Of a DNA stretch of 64,000 nt, positions 19,634-28,476 are shown one piece after another (position 1 is the stretch's first letter; every line of letters starts with the position of its first letter). Source of the DNA: Chloroflexota bacterium. Lineage in GTDB: Bacteria > Chloroflexota > UBA11872. The DNA lies in assembly GCA_034423235.1 (NCBI GenBank), contig DAOUIX010000058.1, positions 10,484-74,483 of the forward strand, in the 5' to 3' direction. Below the pieces are notes generated by a model that saw nothing but the letters and a program-made list of their open reading frames with translations, ran no database searches and had not been told where the DNA came from. Both the position numbers and the translations under genes were made by a program.

Positions 19634-20755
19634 TCAGTGGTCGGGTGGCTGCGTCCCGTTGGTTGCGTGCGTGCCGTTGGTTCCCGGCTGAAGCACCGGC
19701 AGCGGATCCCCGGTCACCACGCCGCGGGCACCGGTAAAGAGGTTCCAGGATGAACCGCCGTCCTGCCAGATTGCGTCACACCCGCGGCAGAGCTTGTAAT
19801 CGTCCAGCTTGCCGCTGACGTGTGCCTCCCGAATTGCTCGGTACTCCGGGTTGTTCCAGATTTCAAGCAGCGACTCATTGGCCAGGTCGCCCATGATCTG
19901 GTCCTCGCCGAAGTCGGCGCAGCAGGACGGAACCTTGCCGTCCCAGTAAATCGCCATGGACTTCCAGAGCCAGTTGCAGGGGTAGTAGTTGGGACCATGC
20001 GGACGCGCGGTGTAGAAGTCGGACGAGTCCATTTGCCCGGCCCAGCCGTGCGCCCAGAACGTATCCCACTCGTCCACCGGCAGTCCGTCAAATCGCTGGC
20101 GAAAGTGCTCGGGTATGACCGGCGCAGCGCCCTTGGGAAAGCTTGAGTCCCAAAGCTGAATCACCTGCATCACGAAGTACGGCTTCGGACCGGAACGCTG
20201 CTTTCTCGACTCAAGCAGACGTAGCACACGTTCGAGCGTGCGGTCGAACTGCGCGCCCTTGCGCATGACTTCGTACTGTGCGGGTTCGCCCGAGTCAAAG
20301 CTGATCGTCAGCTTGCTCGGCGCCGCGTCCAGCAGCTGCTCGATCTTCTCGTCGCGCAGCAGAGTGGCGTTGGTGTTGATGTGGGCGGCGATTCCGGCGC
20401 GTTCGCAGACCTCAATCATCTCGTAGATGTCTTTGTGCATCAGCGACTCGCCGCGGAAGAACAAATTGGCTTCCCGCACCGACGGCTGCGCCTCGTCGAT
20501 GATCTTCCGGAACAGGCCCATGTCCATGAACGGCTTTTGCTTTTTGAGTTCGTCGGCGAGCACGCTCTGCGGACACATGGGACAGCGCAGGTTGCAGGCG
20601 CTAGTCGGTTCGATATGCAGTTTGATCGGGCCGTACGGCAACTCGGTTGATCCGCGCATCCAGTGGTACGCGAAGCGACCGAGCGAGGGGCGCAAGATCG
20701 CCCGGTGCCGTCGATACTTGACCAGCAGGTCTTTGGCCTGGCTGATCGAGTTCAC
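19634..20755 (-). CDS. radical SAM / SPASM-domain enzyme
   Basis: CNLRCPMCPQS is the CxxxCxxC AdoMet-radical motif. C-terminal Cys cluster YPCNW...KVPSCCADFGED...KLCRGCDAIW looks like a SPASM/twitch domain. GTG start at c(20753-20755) overlaps the Trm112-like TGA (GTGA); the ORF-track N-extension (to 20878) would overlap the upstream gene by 127 nt and is rejected. Confidence 0.8.
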   Translation of the reverse strand: MNSISQAKDLLVKYRRHRAILRPSLGRFAYHWMRGSTELPYGPIKLHIEPTSACNLRCPMCPQSVLADELKKQKPFMDMGLFRKIIDEAQPSVREANLFFRGESLMHKDIYEMIEVCERAGIAAHINTNATLLRDEKIEQLLDAAPSKLTISFDSGEPAQYEVMRKGAQFDRTLERVLRLLESRKQRSGPKPYFVMQVIQLWDSSFPKGAAPVIPEHFRQRFDGLPVDEWDTFWAHGWAGQMDSSDFYTARPHGPNYYPCNWLWKSMAIYWDGKVPSCCADFGEDQIMGDLANESLLEIWNNPEYRAIREAHVSGKLDDYKLCRGCDAIWQDGGSSWNLFTGARGVVTGDPLPVLQPGTNGTHATNGTQPPDH

Positions 20756-20982
20756 GAGCCGGAGGCCTCTCCGGTCTCGGGCGGGATCGCGTCTTCCCAC
20801 AGCATGTTGGGAATGCCGTCCTCCACTCTGTACCGGTAGCCGCAGACCGTACAGACGAGGTGTTCGCCCTGAATGCACAGCACGCCGTCATCGCGCGGAT
20901 GCGCGTCGTTCACGCAGCGCAAGATCGCCAGGAAGTCGTCCGGAATGAGCGGCGGCGCGGACGTCGCGTCCGTATCAGCCAT
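20752..20982 (-). CDS. Trm112/YcaR-like (DUF343) zinc-ribbon small protein
   Basis: 76 aa. LIPDDFLAILRCV...HLVCTVCGYRYRVEDGIPNMLWEDAI matches the Trm112p-like fold (compare E. coli YcaR ...ELICK..AFPLRDGIPVLLE). Confidence 0.7.
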   Translation of the reverse strand: MADTDATSAPPLIPDDFLAILRCVNDAHPRDDGVLCIQGEHLVCTVCGYRYRVEDGIPNMLWEDAIPPETGEASGS

Positions 20983-21011
20983 GAGTGTCGCCTGCTCCCT
21001 TCACTTGGAAG

Positions 21012-23258
21012 CTAGAGCATGAAATGTAGTGTGTCAAAGCTAATCAAGAGCGCGGCGAACGCGCCAATCGCGGCAAAGCGAACCGACCACAACCGGTGAT
21101 CGGACGGCCAGATGCGGCCAGCCAACCCAATCCACGCGCCGAGCGCGGCGAATTGGAGGGCTAACAGCAGACCGATCACCCAGACAACCACCGTGGGATA
21201 GGCGAGGAATCCCTCGATCAGGCTCAACGACCAGAAGTCCAGCCCCAGGCCGTTTTCTGGCCGCGGCGGAATCGCGTCGATCCCAAACCTGGCCCACGGC
21301 GTGCGTCCCAGAGCGTCGGCCAGCCAGTCCGTGCGATCCGGTGTTAGCAGATTGACCGCGTCCGCTCGGAGAAGCCAGGCGTGCGCCAACAAGGGTGAGA
21401 ATTGGTAGGTGTAGAGGACAGCCGCGAAATCGCCCTCGGGCTGAATCGACGACCATGGTTGGTAGTCAGCGCCACCGTAGATGGCGCCCTTAAGAGGAAC
21501 GGCGCCGGCGACTTGCTGCTGAAAGAGATCCAGGTAACCCGCGAAATCCTTCGACACCCCCATGAACTGCACGCCGGAGCTGAGAAGCACTACGCCGGCC
21601 AATGCAGCGCCCGGGAGCCAAGTGCGTGACCGCTCAAGCACTCGCTCGAACAGTGGCGCACCAATAATGATGAGCAGCGGCAGCGACGGCACGAGGTATC
21701 GCGGCCCCCAGGCGTTGCCTCCGTACCACACCTGCTTGCGACTGTAGAGCAAGGCGTAGGCAACGGGAATCGCGATAAACACCAGCGACCGCCAGCCATG
21801 GCGCCGCACGAACCAGGGCAGAACGGGAAGCGTGACCAGCAGAATTGGGTTGTACCAGAGCACGCCCTTGCCCCAGCTTGTAATCAGCCCGCCAAGTCCC
21901 AGCCCAAACGGCAGTTCCAGCCAGCCGCGCTGCAGACCGCCGATCAACTCGCTCACGTACAGCAGGTGGAAGTCAAACAGCAGGGCGGCGACGAGTAGCG
22001 CTGGCGGCACGACGCCGATAAACGGCGCGGAGAATAGAAGCGCCGGCCGGATCGACGCTCGAAGGGCCTCGCCCCAGGTGCGCCCGGACTTTGCGTTGAC
22101 CAGCAGACCAATCAAGAGGATTGGCACGACAATGATGCTGACGTACTTGGTAAGCACAGCGGCGAAGGCCGCCAGGCCAGCCAGCGCCACGTAGCGCAGC
22201 CGCCCCGTGGCGCCGTAGACAAGCAAGAGCCACACCGCCGCTAGAATCAGCGTTGTGACGACCGGTTCGGAGAAGTCGAACTTGGCATACGGCCAGGCCA
22301 TCGTTCCCACGGCGTAAATGAGCGCACCGACGATGGCAACGCGGTCGCCGTACCGCAGCCGGCCGAGAATCCTGTAGACCAGCACCACGCCAACGGCTGT
22401 GATGAGCGCATTAGCGGCAGCGACCCAGATTCGGCGGAAGAACTCGCGATTCTGGCGCTCCGACCAGACACGTCCTACTCCGGGTCCATCAAGCCACGCC
22501 CCGTCCGGCGTTCGAAGCGCCAGGCCGTCGACGTAGAAATTGCCGTCCGGCTGCAAGTAGGTGATGCGAGCCGATGCGAGCTGGCGCGGCGGGTCGAACT
22601 GCCACGTGGCCCCGTAGTAGTACGCGCGCGCGTTGCCAATCTGACGGGCCACGGGAGGGGGTTGCTCATGCTGTATCCGTACGCGCACATCGCCTCGGTC
22701 GTAGGCCCATTCAGCCGTTTCGATGCCAACGCGAATCGGGTGCTGGCTGGTAGCGCCGTCCGCGTCGGTCAGGCGCAACCGCGCGATCTCGGTTCCCTGC
22801 GAGAATCCAGCGCTAAGTCCACTGTGGGAAAGCAAGGCGAGCCGGTCGTAGAGGCCGGGTTCAATACTCAGGTCGATTTCGTCGGATACCCCGGGACCTG
22901 ACGTTCCACCCAACGGAGGGAAATTGACAAGCAGCACATCATGCTCACCGAGCGGTATCCGGTCTCGCTGTGGCGCCGCTTCCGCCAAGGGCTCGGCCAA
23001 CGCAACGAATGGCATGAATGCCGTGGGCAGACCCACACCCCAGCGTGAGAAGTTTCGATTCTGGTCTCGCAGATAGGCGTGACCTGGATCGATCACGACG
23101 CTCTTCGCCATCTCGAACGCGAAGGTGCCGTCGGCGCTGTAGCCACCGCCGTTGCGGGCGGCGCCCATGCTGAGCGCATATAACGCGCACGCGAAGAGAA
23201 ACAGCAGGAACGCGGGACGGGAGTGCCCCCATTGCATGAGGCGCTGCCGGCGCGTCAC
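21012..23258 (-). CDS. GT-C-like (ArnT/PMT GT39/GT83-type) polytopic membrane glycosyltransferase with an inserted ~180 aa extracytoplasmic domain
   Basis: 748 aa. TM1 plus a short acidic loop, a soluble insert (aa ~95-275), then >10 TM helices (VYRILGRLRYGDRVAIVGALIYAVGTMAWPYAKFDFSEPVV...) resembling GT-C cores. Confidence 0.45.
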   Translation of the reverse strand: MTRRQRLMQWGHSRPAFLLFLFACALYALSMGAARNGGGYSADGTFAFEMAKSVVIDPGHAYLRDQNRNFSRWGVGLPTAFMPFVALAEPLAEAAPQRDRIPLGEHDVLLVNFPPLGGTSGPGVSDEIDLSIEPGLYDRLALLSHSGLSAGFSQGTEIARLRLTDADGATSQHPIRVGIETAEWAYDRGDVRVRIQHEQPPPVARQIGNARAYYYGATWQFDPPRQLASARITYLQPDGNFYVDGLALRTPDGAWLDGPGVGRVWSERQNREFFRRIWVAAANALITAVGVVLVYRILGRLRYGDRVAIVGALIYAVGTMAWPYAKFDFSEPVVTTLILAAVWLLLVYGATGRLRYVALAGLAAFAAVLTKYVSIIVVPILLIGLLVNAKSGRTWGEALRASIRPALLFSAPFIGVVPPALLVAALLFDFHLLYVSELIGGLQRGWLELPFGLGLGGLITSWGKGVLWYNPILLVTLPVLPWFVRRHGWRSLVFIAIPVAYALLYSRKQVWYGGNAWGPRYLVPSLPLLIIIGAPLFERVLERSRTWLPGAALAGVVLLSSGVQFMGVSKDFAGYLDLFQQQVAGAVPLKGAIYGGADYQPWSSIQPEGDFAAVLYTYQFSPLLAHAWLLRADAVNLLTPDRTDWLADALGRTPWARFGIDAIPPRPENGLGLDFWSLSLIEGFLAYPTVVVWVIGLLLALQFAALGAWIGLAGRIWPSDHRLWSVRFAAIGAFAALLISFDTLHFML

Positions 23259-23282
23259 GCGAAGAATTGGCCGCGAGCCCGT

Positions 23283-24863
23283 CTACTCACCGACAAGCTC
23301 GCTCACAAGTGCGTGCAGTCGCGTTCGAAAGGCTGATGTATTGAACCGTTCGCTCGACTTCCTGGCTTGCCGTGCCATGTCGGATCGCATATCCAGGTCG
23401 CGTACTAGATCCCAACTCCGCGCTCGAAGCTCGGCGGTTGATGACCAGAGAAAGCCATCGTGTCCGTCCCGAACCAGTTCGGGCAGCCCGCCCTGATTTA
23501 GCACCACCGGGACGGCCTCATTGGCCATTGCCTCGACGACGGAAATGCCGAAGTGCTCAAACTTCACCGGGTTGCGTTGTACTTGTTCACCGTACCCTGC
23601 GGCGTGCCAGTAGATCTGCGCTTCAGCGTAGAAGCGTTGCAAGTCCGCGAACGGCGCATCGATGGCGAATTCAATGGGATGGCCTGCGGCGCGACGCCGC
23701 AGATCGTCGGAATAGGCCAGGTCGATGTCCCGGCGGCTCTGGTGCCCGGCGAGGCGGAGCGTCCACCCGTCCAGGCCATCGCGGCACATCCGTTTGAATT
23801 GCTCGATCATCACTCCGTGCTTCTTCTCGTGCGTGCCGCGAAAGAAGCGCCCAACGCTCAGGATCGTTCGAGTCTTGGCCACCGGAGTGGCCCAGCTCGT
23901 GTCCACCGGTGGATAGAGCAGCGGTCCGCTGCGTCCCCAGTAGACCTCCATCCACGTGCGGCTGTATTCGGAGATCGGGCAAATCAGGTCGTAGGTATCG
24001 AGATGATCGAGCGAGTAGAAGGCTGGCAGCCCTTCCAGTCGCAACCCGAGTTCTCGGAACATTCGGCGAAAGAGCAACTCGTAGAGAAGGTGTCGCGGGT
24101 GACGCACTCGTACGTCGGTGACGGCCAACCCGACTTCACGGTTGTCAGCCTCGGCCACCCGATCGGTGGGATTGAAGGTCGGTGATTCCAGCGTCAACTC
24201 AACCATGCCGTTCCGCACGTATCGGCGGTCCAGATTGATACGCCAGGCCTCAAAAGCGCCTGGACGCGGCGCGAAGGAGCGCTCGGCGATTGGCGTTCCC
24301 TCCGCCAGGCAGCGCACCGGAAGACTCGCGTCCGGACGGAAATTCCCCGCCACAATCTCAATGGGCACAGGACGCCTTCCACCCGGCACGCGCAGCCGGA
24401 TCGACGCTTGGTCGGTGGCGTAGCGAAACCAGCCCCGGCCCAGCTCCTGCACGTCGTAGAAACCGTCGCTCCACTCCGGCAGCAGCAATTCCCGTGTAAG
24501 GAATCGACCGACAGCCTGACGAAGCCTCGCCTGCCAGCTCCGATCGATCGGAGACGGAAAGAGGACAAGCATCAGGCTGTGCGCCGCAGCCGACGGTTGG
24601 TTGGTCATGAACGAGGCGTTGACAAACAGGTCGTACTCGCGCGTGACCTCGGCAAACCTGTTTGGCGGCAGCGCCGGAATCACACGAATGCCGATTCCCT
24701 CCAGGCTCATGTGCAGCGCATCAGCCAGTTCATCGCGCCCGATCGGGCGGTGCGTGATGAGCTCGGTGTCAAACCGCTCGGCCAGAATGCGGGCCGCCAT
24801 GACGGCGTGTCGCTCGCCGCCACCCTTCTGATGCAGCCAGCGGTTGTAGACCGCCGCCTTCAC
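23283..24863 (-). CDS. glycosyltransferase family 4 (long form)
   Basis: GTG start at c(24861-24863) overlaps the GT2 TGA (GTGA), giving (M)KAAVYNRWLHQKGGGERHAVMAARIL. C-terminal EHFGISVVEAMANEAVPVV is the GT4 signature. The 62-aa N-extension in the ORF track is rejected. Confidence 0.75.
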   Translation of the reverse strand: MKAAVYNRWLHQKGGGERHAVMAARILAERFDTELITHRPIGRDELADALHMSLEGIGIRVIPALPPNRFAEVTREYDLFVNASFMTNQPSAAAHSLMLVLFPSPIDRSWQARLRQAVGRFLTRELLLPEWSDGFYDVQELGRGWFRYATDQASIRLRVPGGRRPVPIEIVAGNFRPDASLPVRCLAEGTPIAERSFAPRPGAFEAWRINLDRRYVRNGMVELTLESPTFNPTDRVAEADNREVGLAVTDVRVRHPRHLLYELLFRRMFRELGLRLEGLPAFYSLDHLDTYDLICPISEYSRTWMEVYWGRSGPLLYPPVDTSWATPVAKTRTILSVGRFFRGTHEKKHGVMIEQFKRMCRDGLDGWTLRLAGHQSRRDIDLAYSDDLRRRAAGHPIEFAIDAPFADLQRFYAEAQIYWHAAGYGEQVQRNPVKFEHFGISVVEAMANEAVPVVLNQGGLPELVRDGHDGFLWSSTAELRARSWDLVRDLDMRSDMARQARKSSERFNTSAFRTRLHALVSELVGE

Positions 24864-26221
24864 GACATCTCGATGAACGGACGTAGTTCGCGACCGTCCA
24901 AAGGAGCGAGGCGCGATTCGATGCCACGCAGCTGCCACGTCCCGGGCCACGCACTCGCCGAGCTGCCCAGCGCGCGCAGCCGCGCGAGAACCAGGCGCGC
25001 CGCGTGCGCGTTGCGGCGGTCGACCGCGTGCCGCGCGTCGCCAAATGCAAACTTGCAAGCGGCAGCCGCGTGTCGAGCCACCCAGATCCAGGGCGCGTTT
25101 TTGGCGAGCATTCGCAGCTTGCCGAACTCAACATTGCATACGAACCCTGGCGACCACTCCCGGCTGAGCGCGGCGTGCTCGTGGCGCACAACCGAGTCCG
25201 GCTCGAACCAGAATCGCCAGCCGCGGCGTCGAGCGCGCCAGGCCAGGTCGGCATCCTCGTAGTACATAAATATGCCGTCATCCAGGAATCCGAGGGCCTC
25301 CAGCATTGCGCGACGGTAAAGCACGGCGGCCCCTTTGCAGGCAAAGACCTCGCACGGTTCGCGAAAGGCTGGGCCGTCCCATGCCGACCACGGTACGCCG
25401 CCGAGCAGGTTGGTTCCCCGATCACGCATTGACCCGTCATTCAGCGGTGCAATCCCTGCGCATTCAATCGCGGGTTGCGCCAGCCGGGCAATGAGTTCGG
25501 CGGGCAGGCCAAACCGAAGAGTCGAGCGAGTGCCTGGGGTCCGAGCCTCACCCAGGACGTGGTCGCCGGCCAGGACACGTACCGACGCGTCTGCCCGATC
25601 ATCGCCTGCCTCAATGTCCAGACGCAGCGCTACCGACGTTGAGGCAACCGGCACGGCAAGCTCGGCGCGCGCCTCGGTCCATCGAAATAGCTGGCCGTAC
25701 GCGTCGACCTCCTGGCTAAAGGCGCCACCAGTCACGTCGGCCCTGCCGTGGTTGGCATTGGCGCCGTAGAGGCGAATGCCTAACTGCCGGGTATCAAGTT
25801 CTGAGGGCACAAAGGTCGGGACGGTCAGTGTTACCGGCAATCGGTCATGCTGGTGCAGCAGCTTGGCCCCGACGCCACCGGCCAGCGGGTCGCGTTCGAG
25901 GCGCGCCACCAGCGGCTCCAGCCAGTCTGGCTCAACCTCAGTGTCGGGGTTGAGCAACCCAAGGTACGGCTCGGCCGACGCGCGCAGCGCGCGGTTATTG
26001 CCCCGTGCAAAGCCCAGATTTGCGCCGTTCTCAATCAACTCGACTCCAGGAAACCCCTGCTCAACGCGGGCTGGCGACCCATCGCTCGACGCGTTGTCCA
26101 CGACGGTCACGCGCAAATCGGAATACCGAGTAGCCAGCAACCGTTCAAGGCAGCGTTCGATGCGCCCGGCGCCGTTGTAATTAAGCACGACCACCCGAAC
26201 GGGCGGCAGGCCGGCGGTCAC
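24860..26221 (-). CDS. glycosyltransferase family 2 (GT-A)
   Basis: 453 aa. VRVVVLNYNGAGRIERCLERL...VTVVDNASSDGS...NLGFARGNNRAL matches the GT2 DXD region. Confidence 0.8.
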   Translation of the reverse strand: MTAGLPPVRVVVLNYNGAGRIERCLERLLATRYSDLRVTVVDNASSDGSPARVEQGFPGVELIENGANLGFARGNNRALRASAEPYLGLLNPDTEVEPDWLEPLVARLERDPLAGGVGAKLLHQHDRLPVTLTVPTFVPSELDTRQLGIRLYGANANHGRADVTGGAFSQEVDAYGQLFRWTEARAELAVPVASTSVALRLDIEAGDDRADASVRVLAGDHVLGEARTPGTRSTLRFGLPAELIARLAQPAIECAGIAPLNDGSMRDRGTNLLGGVPWSAWDGPAFREPCEVFACKGAAVLYRRAMLEALGFLDDGIFMYYEDADLAWRARRRGWRFWFEPDSVVRHEHAALSREWSPGFVCNVEFGKLRMLAKNAPWIWVARHAAAACKFAFGDARHAVDRRNAHAARLVLARLRALGSSASAWPGTWQLRGIESRLAPLDGRELRPFIEMS

Positions 26222-27924
26222 TCCACCCGGATCGAGCGCACAGCGATCCCAAGCGGTCGAGTGTCGGTGTCCAGACCCACGGTGGCTGGAACCAATGCGT
26301 CGTCGACTTCAATCACGAGTTCGTGCGTTGTTGGCGAGGTCACTGGGTCCAGCGGGATCACCAGATCCTCAAAGTCCATGCCATGAAGCCGAAACGTCGC
26401 AATATGTCGCCCGTCAACGCGCACCCGGCCCTGGGCCTGCGCGCGGCCATGCAGCGGACGACAGGCGGACAAGACCAGCGCGCCCTGGCCGACATCCTGA
26501 CGCAGGTAGGCCACGGCTCGTTCGCTGGTCCACCGCACGCGCGGCGGCCAGTCTTCCGCCGGAAACCAGCCTTCGCCCAACCACTCGGCGTCGCGCGCGC
26601 CCATGGCCAGATGTTCGGGCGGAGGCGCCCACAACGGGCCAGCCGGTTCGGTGAGCATGTCCGGCTGCGCGATCGGCGAGGACTCGGTGCGCAGTTCCCC
26701 ATCGGGCGGAGCCAAGGCAACTCGCCACTGCGACGGCACCACGGTCACGCCGCGCTGGCTGGCCGCGGCCTTGCCAACGAAAAACGTCATGGCAACCGGC
26801 CACATGTGATACGGGTGCAGTCGATCATCAGACGGCCAGACGCCCAGCGACAGCTGATAGCTGCCCGGCCCGAGGGGCAACGGCCCCAGCGAGCACTCCA
26901 CGCGCGTGCGGCCAGGCTGCACGGCGGTTGGTCCCGGCGTGGCGGCCGTCGACGTCTCGTGCATGAGCAGGCCGTCGCTGCGCCGGACGGCACAGCCGAC
27001 GACGACATCGTCCAGATAGGCGTCGGATTCCAGATCCAGGTGCAGGCGCAGGACACCACCGGGAAGAAAAGCGTAGCTCTCGGCGCCGGTTGCGGCGTCG
27101 GTGGCCGTCGCCGCGCGAATTCGAAGCCTCTCGCCGCCGAGTTCGGGTGTGGGCTCGTCGCGCTCGGCTGCCGTCACGGTCGCCGCGCCACGCATGTACT
27201 GAAGGTATTGCTGGATCACGTCGCGCGGATCGCCAAGCGCCTGAATCTCGCCTCGGTCGATCCAGAGCACGCGGTCGCAGAAGCGGCGCACCTGGATCGG
27301 ATCGTGGGAAACAAACACCAGCGTGCGGCCGCGTGCCTTGATCTCCGCCAGCGCTTCGTAGCACTTGGCCGTGAACCGCGCATCGCCGACCGCCAAGACC
27401 TCGTCGATCAGCAGGATGTCGGGGTCGACGTTGATGGCGATGGAGAAACCCAGACGCATAAACATCCCGGACGAGTAGTGGCGAACCGGCGTGTCGATGA
27501 AACGCTCGAGCTCCGCGAAGGCCACGATGCGGTCGTAAAGCTGCCGCATTTCGTGGCGCTCAATACCGAGGAACGACCCATTCAGAAAGATGTTCTCGCG
27601 GCCCGTCAGGTCCGGGTGCATGCCGGCGCCCAGTTCAAGCAGACCGAAGACCTTGCCGTGCGCAACCACGTCGCCGGACGTCGGCTCGATCGTGCGTGCC
27701 AGCAGTTTGAGGATTGTGGTCTTGCCAGATCCGTTCGGTCCGATGATCCCCAGCGTCTCGCCGGCAGCTACCTCAAGGTCAACCCCGTCAAGCGCCCAGA
27801 ACTCTTCGTGCTCGATCGGTCGGCGGCCGAGCAGAGCCAGCGCCATGCCCTGCCACGTCCGCGCTGCCTCGTGCCGGATCCGAAATCGCTTGCGGACCTG
27901 TCGGAGTTCGATGGCGGCAGGCAT
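26218..27924 (-). CDS. wzt: ABC transporter ATP-binding protein Wzt/TagH-type with ~300 aa C-terminal glycan-binding extension
   Basis: 568 aa. Walker A GPNGSGKTT, signature YSSGMFMRLGFS, Walker B LLIDEVLAVGD, then a long C-terminal beta-rich domain. Confidence 0.85.
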   Translation of the reverse strand: MPAAIELRQVRKRFRIRHEAARTWQGMALALLGRRPIEHEEFWALDGVDLEVAAGETLGIIGPNGSGKTTILKLLARTIEPTSGDVVAHGKVFGLLELGAGMHPDLTGRENIFLNGSFLGIERHEMRQLYDRIVAFAELERFIDTPVRHYSSGMFMRLGFSIAINVDPDILLIDEVLAVGDARFTAKCYEALAEIKARGRTLVFVSHDPIQVRRFCDRVLWIDRGEIQALGDPRDVIQQYLQYMRGAATVTAAERDEPTPELGGERLRIRAATATDAATGAESYAFLPGGVLRLHLDLESDAYLDDVVVGCAVRRSDGLLMHETSTAATPGPTAVQPGRTRVECSLGPLPLGPGSYQLSLGVWPSDDRLHPYHMWPVAMTFFVGKAAASQRGVTVVPSQWRVALAPPDGELRTESSPIAQPDMLTEPAGPLWAPPPEHLAMGARDAEWLGEGWFPAEDWPPRVRWTSERAVAYLRQDVGQGALVLSACRPLHGRAQAQGRVRVDGRHIATFRLHGMDFEDLVIPLDPVTSPTTHELVIEVDDALVPATVGLDTDTRPLGIAVRSIRVE

Positions 27925-28014
27925 TTAGACGCTGGACTCCCTTCGCGGGCCTAGACTGGCCACGCGCCGATAATGATCGGCTTGCGGCCGGCACCTGACC
28001 GAGAGGAACACGCG

Positions 28015-28476
28015 ATGCAACTGAGTTTCGAAACAACGGAGGTGGAGTCCCAGCCGATCCTGGCTATCCGCGCGACGAGCACGATGGACAAGCTCGGAGA
28101 AATCATGGGGTCGCTGTTTGGGGAGGTCTACGAATTCATCCAGGCAAGCGGGCAGGCGCCCGCCGGAATGCCCTTTTCCCGCTACCACTCGATGGACAGC
28201 GGAACCGTCGACCTCGAATGTGGAATGCCCGTGGCGTCGGTGATGGATGGCAAAGACCGGATCCAGGCCGGCGAGTTGCCGGCCGGAATGGTGGCTACGG
28301 TCACGCACATGGGGCCCTACGACAACCTCCCGCAGACATGGTCCGCGCTGACGGCGTGGATAGATTCGCAGGGTCTCCAACCCGCTGGAGCTCCCTGGGA
28401 GGTGTACGTGACCGACCCTGGCGCCGAACCGGACCAGTCGAAGTGGCGGACCGACATTTTCTTTCCCGTTCGCTAG
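28015..28476 (+). CDS. GyrI-like (AraC-effector-binding / SRPBCC-type) small-molecule-binding domain protein, stand-alone
   Basis: Starts at Met MQLSFETTEVESQPILAIR and ends ...PWEVYVTDPGAEPDQSKWRTDIFFPVR, the canonical GyrI-like C-terminus. No DNA-binding domain is present. Confidence 0.65.
   Translation: MQLSFETTEVESQPILAIRATSTMDKLGEIMGSLFGEVYEFIQASGQAPAGMPFSRYHSMDSGTVDLECGMPVASVMDGKDRIQAGELPAGMVATVTHMGPYDNLPQTWSALTAWIDSQGLQPAGAPWEVYVTDPGAEPDQSKWRTDIFFPVR

Noticed and set aside
26323-27954. 543-aa plus-strand ORF antisense to wzt
   Set aside because: Arg/Gly/His-rich low-complexity translation; the opposite strand encodes an unambiguous ABC ATPase (Walker A/B, signature motif).
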